From Synechococcus elongatus PCC 6301 (GTDB taxonomy: Bacteria > Cyanobacteriota > Cyanobacteriia > Synechococcales > Synechococcaceae), in NCBI RefSeq assembly GCF_000010065.1, contig NC_006576.1, positions 2,610,001 to 2,642,000 of the forward strand: a DNA stretch of 32,000 nt, given 5' to 3'. Below are positions 28,043 to 32,000 of the stretch, one piece after another. The translations under genes and the position numbers were made by a program. Within the stretch, counting starts at the first letter, position 1. Each line of letters starts with the position of its first letter. Under the pieces are notes generated by a model. That model saw only the letters and a program-made list of their open reading frames with translations, was not told the DNA's origin and made no database searches.

Positions 28043-30034
28043 ATGAGTTTATTTGTTGCTGTTGAAAACATTGAAAAATCATTCCCTCTGAGTGGTGGGA
28101 ATGAATACCTTGCCCTTAAGGGTATCGATCTTGAAATCAAGCAAGGTGAATTCATCTCGCTGATTGGTCACTCCGGTTGTGGGAAGTCCACCCTGCTCAA
28201 CCTGATTGCTGGTCTAGAGTTGCCAACCGATGGCGCGGTCAGTCTCGAAGGTCAGCAGATCACCGCACCAGGGCCAGACCGGATGGTGGTCTTCCAGAAC
28301 TACTCGCTTTTCCCTTGGCTGACGGTGCGCGAAAACATCGCGCTTGCGGTCGACGAAGTGCTGCGCGATCTGCCCAAAGAAGAGCGGCAGGCGATCGTGG
28401 AAGAACATATCCAACTGGTGGGCTTGGGTCATGCAGCGGATAAGCCACCCGCTCAACTTTCTGGCGGAATGAAACAACGGGTGGCGATCGCACGGGGCTT
28501 GGCGACTCGTCCGAAGTTGCTGCTTCTCGATGAACCCTTTGGGGCGCTGGATGCACTAACGCGCGGCAATCTGCAAGAGAAGCTGATGCAGATTTGCGAA
28601 GAGAATCACGTCACGGCCGTTATGGTCACTCATGACGTTGATGAAGCGGTCTTACTTTCCGATCGCATTGTGATGCTAACCAATGGGCCCGGCTCGAAGA
28701 TCGGTGGCATCCTGGAGGTCGATATTCCTCGCCCGCGCAAACGCATGGATGTGGTGCATCACCCCAGCTACTACAGCCTGCGATCGGAAATCATCTACTT
28801 CCTCAACCAGCAAAAACGGGTCAAGAAACTCAATGCCCGCAAGGTGACTACCGTGGCGCGGCACGGTCTGGAAAAGGTCAATCTGGAAATCGGCTATGTG
28901 CCCCTAATGGCCTGTGCACCGCTGGTGGTGGCCCAAGAAAAAGCCTTCTTTGCCAAACACGGCCTCGATGAAGTCAGCTTGGTGCGAGAGACCAGTTGGC
29001 GTGGCATTGTCGATGGGTTGACTGAAAACTACCTCGATGCAGCCCAGATGCCAGCCGGCATGCCGGTCTGGATGTCTGTGGGTGGCCAAGGTGGCAGTCC
29101 TCTACCGATCGTTTCGTCCTTGACAATGAGCCGCAACGGTAACGGCATTACCCTCTCCAAAGCCCTGTATGACGAGGGTATTCAGACGGTCGATGACTTC
29201 CGTAACTTGCTGCGCAGCACGGCTGACAAGCAGCACATCATGGGCATTGTCCATCCAGCTTCGATGCACAACTTGCTGTTGCGCTACTGGCTGGCAGCGA
29301 ATCAGATCGACCCCGATCGCGATGTGCAATTGCGCACGATCCCTCCGGCGCAGATGGTGGCCGACCTCAAGGACGGCACGATCGATGGCTACTGTATCGG
29401 TGAGCCTTGGAATGCGTGGGCAGCCCAAAAAGAAATTGGCTTCACAATCGCCAGCGATCTGGAAATTTGGAATGGTCACCCCGGCAAAGTACTCGGTGTC
29501 CGTGAAGACTGGGCTAATCGCTATCCCAACAGCCATGTGGCCTTGGTCAAAGCGCTGCTAGAAGCCTGCCAGTACTGCGAAGATCCTGCGAACTGGGATG
29601 AACTGCGCGAACTGTTAAGCGATCGCCGCTACCTGAGCTGTCCGAAGGAGTACATCCAGTTCAGCCAAAGCACTGCCGACGACTTGGCGGTGCCTCACCA
29701 TCGCTTTGCTGGAGCGGGCGTTAACCGTCCCAGTCGGACAGAGCATCTCTGGATGATGACCCAGTTGGCTCGCTGGGGTGATGTGCCCTTCCCCCGCAAC
29801 TGGGTTGAAATCTTGGAGCGGGTTTGCCGGGTTGGGGTGTTTAGCACCGCCGCCCGCGAACTGGGGCTCTCGGAGGTCGTCAACTATCAGCGCAGCACGC
29901 CGGTTGAACTGTTTGACGGCGTCCCCTTCAACGCTGAAGACCCGATCGCTTACCTCAATTCCCTGCCCATCCACCGCGACTTCAGCGTGGCAGAAATTGC
30001 ACTCGATCAGCCCCGCCCGATCGCAGCTGCCTAG
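28043..30034 (+). CDS. cmpC: Bicarbonate ABC transporter ATPase with fused CmpA-like domain, CmpC
   Basis: ATG 28043 with GGAGG RBS; Walker A GHSGCGKST, signature QLSGGMKQRV, then C-terminal substrate-binding-like domain (VNLEIGYVPLMACAPLVVAQEKAFFAKHGLDEVSLVRE). Confidence 0.94.
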   Translation: MSLFVAVENIEKSFPLSGGNEYLALKGIDLEIKQGEFISLIGHSGCGKSTLLNLIAGLELPTDGAVSLEGQQITAPGPDRMVVFQNYSLFPWLTVRENIALAVDEVLRDLPKEERQAIVEEHIQLVGLGHAADKPPAQLSGGMKQRVAIARGLATRPKLLLLDEPFGALDALTRGNLQEKLMQICEENHVTAVMVTHDVDEAVLLSDRIVMLTNGPGSKIGGILEVDIPRPRKRMDVVHHPSYYSLRSEIIYFLNQQKRVKKLNARKVTTVARHGLEKVNLEIGYVPLMACAPLVVAQEKAFFAKHGLDEVSLVRETSWRGIVDGLTENYLDAAQMPAGMPVWMSVGGQGGSPLPIVSSLTMSRNGNGITLSKALYDEGIQTVDDFRNLLRSTADKQHIMGIVHPASMHNLLLRYWLAANQIDPDRDVQLRTIPPAQMVADLKDGTIDGYCIGEPWNAWAAQKEIGFTIASDLEIWNGHPGKVLGVREDWANRYPNSHVALVKALLEACQYCEDPANWDELRELLSDRRYLSCPKEYIQFSQSTADDLAVPHHRFAGAGVNRPSRTEHLWMMTQLARWGDVPFPRNWVEILERVCRVGVFSTAARELGLSEVVNYQRSTPVELFDGVPFNAEDPIAYLNSLPIHRDFSVAEIALDQPRPIAAA

Positions 30035-30058
30035 CATTCCCTCCAGAGGACTTGTGTC

Positions 30059-30895
30059 ATGCAAACCCTTCGTCAACAGCAGCCGATAGTTCCTTCCTCG
30101 CCTGGGCATGATCCCTTTTTGATTGTGGAGAATGTCTCCAAAATCTACGAGACGCCCAAAGGCCCCTACACCGTTTTGGATGGAGTCAATCTTACAGTTC
30201 AGGAAGGCGAATTTATCTGCGTGATCGGCCACTCCGGCTGTGGCAAATCGACTCTTCTGAATATGGTTTCGGGCTTCAATCAACCCTCCCACGGCTCCGT
30301 GCGGTTGAAGGGTAAAGAGATCGACCGGCCCGGCCCCGATCGCATGGTGGTCTTCCAAAACTATGCGCTTTTGCCCTGGATGACCGCTTACGAAAATGTC
30401 TACCTCGCGGTGGACTGCGTGAACCCCCAAATGCGGGAAGGCGAAAAGCGGGAAATTGTCCGCGAGCATCTGGCAATGGTTGGTCTAACCGAAGCCGCCG
30501 AGAAAAAAATCACCCAGATCTCGGGGGGGATGAAACAGCGGGTGGCGATCGCTCGGGCGCTCTCGATTCGGCCTGAAGTGCTGATTTTGGACGAGCCGTT
30601 TGGCGCACTCGATGCAATCACCAAAGAGGAATTGCAGGAAGAGCTACTCAAAATCTGGAACGATCATCGTTGCACCGTACTGATGATCACCCACGACATT
30701 GATGAAGCGTTGTTCCTCGCCGATCGCTTGGTGATGATGACCAATGGGCCGGCGGCGAATATCGGTGAAATCATGACCATTCCCTTCCCTCGTCCGCGCG
30801 ATCGCGAGCGGATTATGGAAGACCCGCAGTACTACGACCTGCGTAACTACGCGCTGGATTTCCTCTACAACCGATTTGCTCACGACGACGAGTAA
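30059..30895 (+). CDS. cmpD: Bicarbonate ABC transporter ATPase CmpD
   Basis: GHSGCGKSTLLNMVSG, QISGGMKQRVAIARAL; last gene before a strong terminator. Confidence 0.93.
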   Translation: MQTLRQQQPIVPSSPGHDPFLIVENVSKIYETPKGPYTVLDGVNLTVQEGEFICVIGHSGCGKSTLLNMVSGFNQPSHGSVRLKGKEIDRPGPDRMVVFQNYALLPWMTAYENVYLAVDCVNPQMREGEKREIVREHLAMVGLTEAAEKKITQISGGMKQRVAIARALSIRPEVLILDEPFGALDAITKEELQEELLKIWNDHRCTVLMITHDIDEALFLADRLVMMTNGPAANIGEIMTIPFPRPRDRERIMEDPQYYDLRNYALDFLYNRFAHDDE

Positions 30896-30929
30896 ATCAG
30901 TACTCAACTCCGAACTTAGCCTCAGAGAT

Positions 30930-30960
30930 TCCCTCTGCTCCCATGGGCGAGGGATTTTTT
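30930..30960 (+). terminator. cmp operon terminator
   Basis: TCCCTC(30930-30935)/GAGGGA(30949-30954), followed by TTTTTT. Confidence 0.85.
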
Positions 30961-31162
30961 ACTGGGAGACAAGCCGGAATTCAAGCGAGGATCCCTCTGG
31001 GGGCCGCTGGACAAGACTTAGCAGTTGGCAGTTGAGCTGTCTTGGCAGAACGAAACTCTTACAGGACAAGTTTGTATTCCACACGGTCAGCGGGAGAGCA
31101 AAACCCTTGCCAGATGCGCGGAAATTGTGATGTGATGCGAGCGTCTATTGCGAGTTTGCTTC

Positions 31163-31732
31163 GTGCCCTCTGGACGCACTCACGATCGCCTGACCCTGTG
31201 GCTGTTGCCCGCTGTTGCGGCAGGCAGCTGGCTGATCAGCCGTCAGAGTGACCTTAGTTTGGTGCTGAGTGGCAGTTATCTATTTGCAGGGCTGATGTTT
31301 GGCCCTGACTTGGATGTGCGATCGCGGCAGTCGCAACGCTGGGGGCCACTGCGGTGGATCTGGACTCCCTATCAACGCTGCCTACGGCATCGCTCGTGGT
31401 TTTCCCACGGGCCCCTTTTGGGGACAATCGGCCGGGTTCTGTACCTCGGGGCTTGGCTACTGTTGTTGGTGCTAGTGATTGAAACAGCGATCGCGATCGG
31501 ACAGGGTGGCAACTGGGCAGGCTTGGGCGATCGCCTCAGTCAGCATCAGCAATGGATTGGGACAGAGCTGAGTCGTCGGCCAGCACTCGTTCTAGCGACC
31601 TTAGTTGGCTTAGAGCTCGGAGCCATGAGCCATAGCTTCAGCGATTGGGTAGGCTCAGCTTGGAAACGCTGGCGTCGGCCTCGTAAGACCACTCGCCGGC
31701 GTCCTGCAGCCTCCCGTTCTTCTCGGACTTAA
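31163..31732 (+). CDS. DUF2227-like (putative metal-binding) membrane protein
   Basis: GTG 31163 gives (M)PSGRTHDRLTLWLLP...GLMFGPDLDVRSRQSQRWGPLRWIWTPYQRCLRHRSWFSHGPLLGTIGR...MSHSFSDW. Track start (TTG 31148) is probably 5 codons too early. Confidence 0.7.
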   Translation: MPSGRTHDRLTLWLLPAVAAGSWLISRQSDLSLVLSGSYLFAGLMFGPDLDVRSRQSQRWGPLRWIWTPYQRCLRHRSWFSHGPLLGTIGRVLYLGAWLLLLVLVIETAIAIGQGGNWAGLGDRLSQHQQWIGTELSRRPALVLATLVGLELGAMSHSFSDWVGSAWKRWRRPRKTTRRRPAASRSSRT

Positions 31733-31738
31733 ATCCCC

Positions 31739-32000
31739 ATGGGTGTTGATTTTTTTGAGTCGGTGCCAGCACCGAACCAAGATGCGATCGCGACAGCACT
31801 CCTGCAACTGGTTGCTGTGGTGGCGCAGCTCCGCGATCCAGAACAAGGCTGCCCCTGGGACCGCGAACAAACGCCGACCAGCCTGATTCCCTACGTGCTG
31901 GAAGAGGCCTACGAAGTCGTTCACGCCTTGCGCCAGGGCAATCCCAACGCGATCGCAGAGGAATTGGGAGACCTGCTGCTGCAAGTGGTGCTGCAAGCCC
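31739..32000 (+). CDS. mazG: MazG-family nucleoside triphosphate pyrophosphohydrolase (5' part, truncated by window)
   Basis: Own translation from ATG 31739: ...LRDPEQGCPWDREQTPTSLIPYVLEEAYEVVHALRQGNPNAIAEELGDLLLQVVLQA. Absent from the ORF track because it runs off the end. Confidence 0.92.
   Translation, partial: MGVDFFESVPAPNQDAIATALLQLVAVVAQLRDPEQGCPWDREQTPTSLIPYVLEEAYEVVHALRQGNPNAIAEELGDLLLQVVLQA

Noticed and set aside
28177-30651. Shadow ORFs opposite or within cmpC and cmpD (e.g. 29615..30469 minus, 284 aa)
   Set aside because: Long antisense frames are expected in GC-rich conserved genes; the plus-strand ABC motifs are unambiguous.
30970-30995. GAATTC and GGATCC sites close together (CCGGAATTCAAGCGAGGATCC), suggestive of a cloning linker
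   Set aside because: Surrounded by ordinary chromosomal sequence; no vector sequence recognised. Chance is sufficient.

Overview
Chromosomal window from a freshwater unicellular cyanobacterium, almost certainly Synechococcus elongatus (PCC 7942/6301 group), judged from protein content, gene order and abundant GCGATCGC (HIP1) octamers. No tools were used. It is mostly ordinary chromosomal DNA with a rich inorganic-carbon uptake neighbourhood: a monocistronic psbD (D2), a pterin-carbinolamine dehydratase, two tandem SLH-porin genes, an Rrf2 regulator, cysK and a DnaJ-domain protein. These are followed by an Mrp-type Na+/H+ antiporter operon (C-D-E-F-G-A'-B), sbtA and divergent sbtB, a DUF2126-type protein, cytM, petG, rsmD and hisH, a DUF3370-like protein, a HIT protein, murE, a glutaredoxin-like protein, yidD and rpsD. 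The window ends with cmpABCD, a DUF2227-like protein and a partial mazG. The observations most worth following up are: (1) an unannotated petG whose reading frame is broken by exactly one extra nucleotide; (2) a strongly structured RNA candidate (6S-like rod plus terminator) between psbD and the dehydratase gene; (3) tandem paralogous porins as a possible rearrangement junction; (4) a reduced Mrp operon with only a MrpA C-terminal fragment carrying a soluble extension; (5) a long sbtA/sbtB divergent intergenic region with inverted repeats and a small ORF. I found no convincing mobile element, CRISPR array, tRNA, rRNA or defence system.
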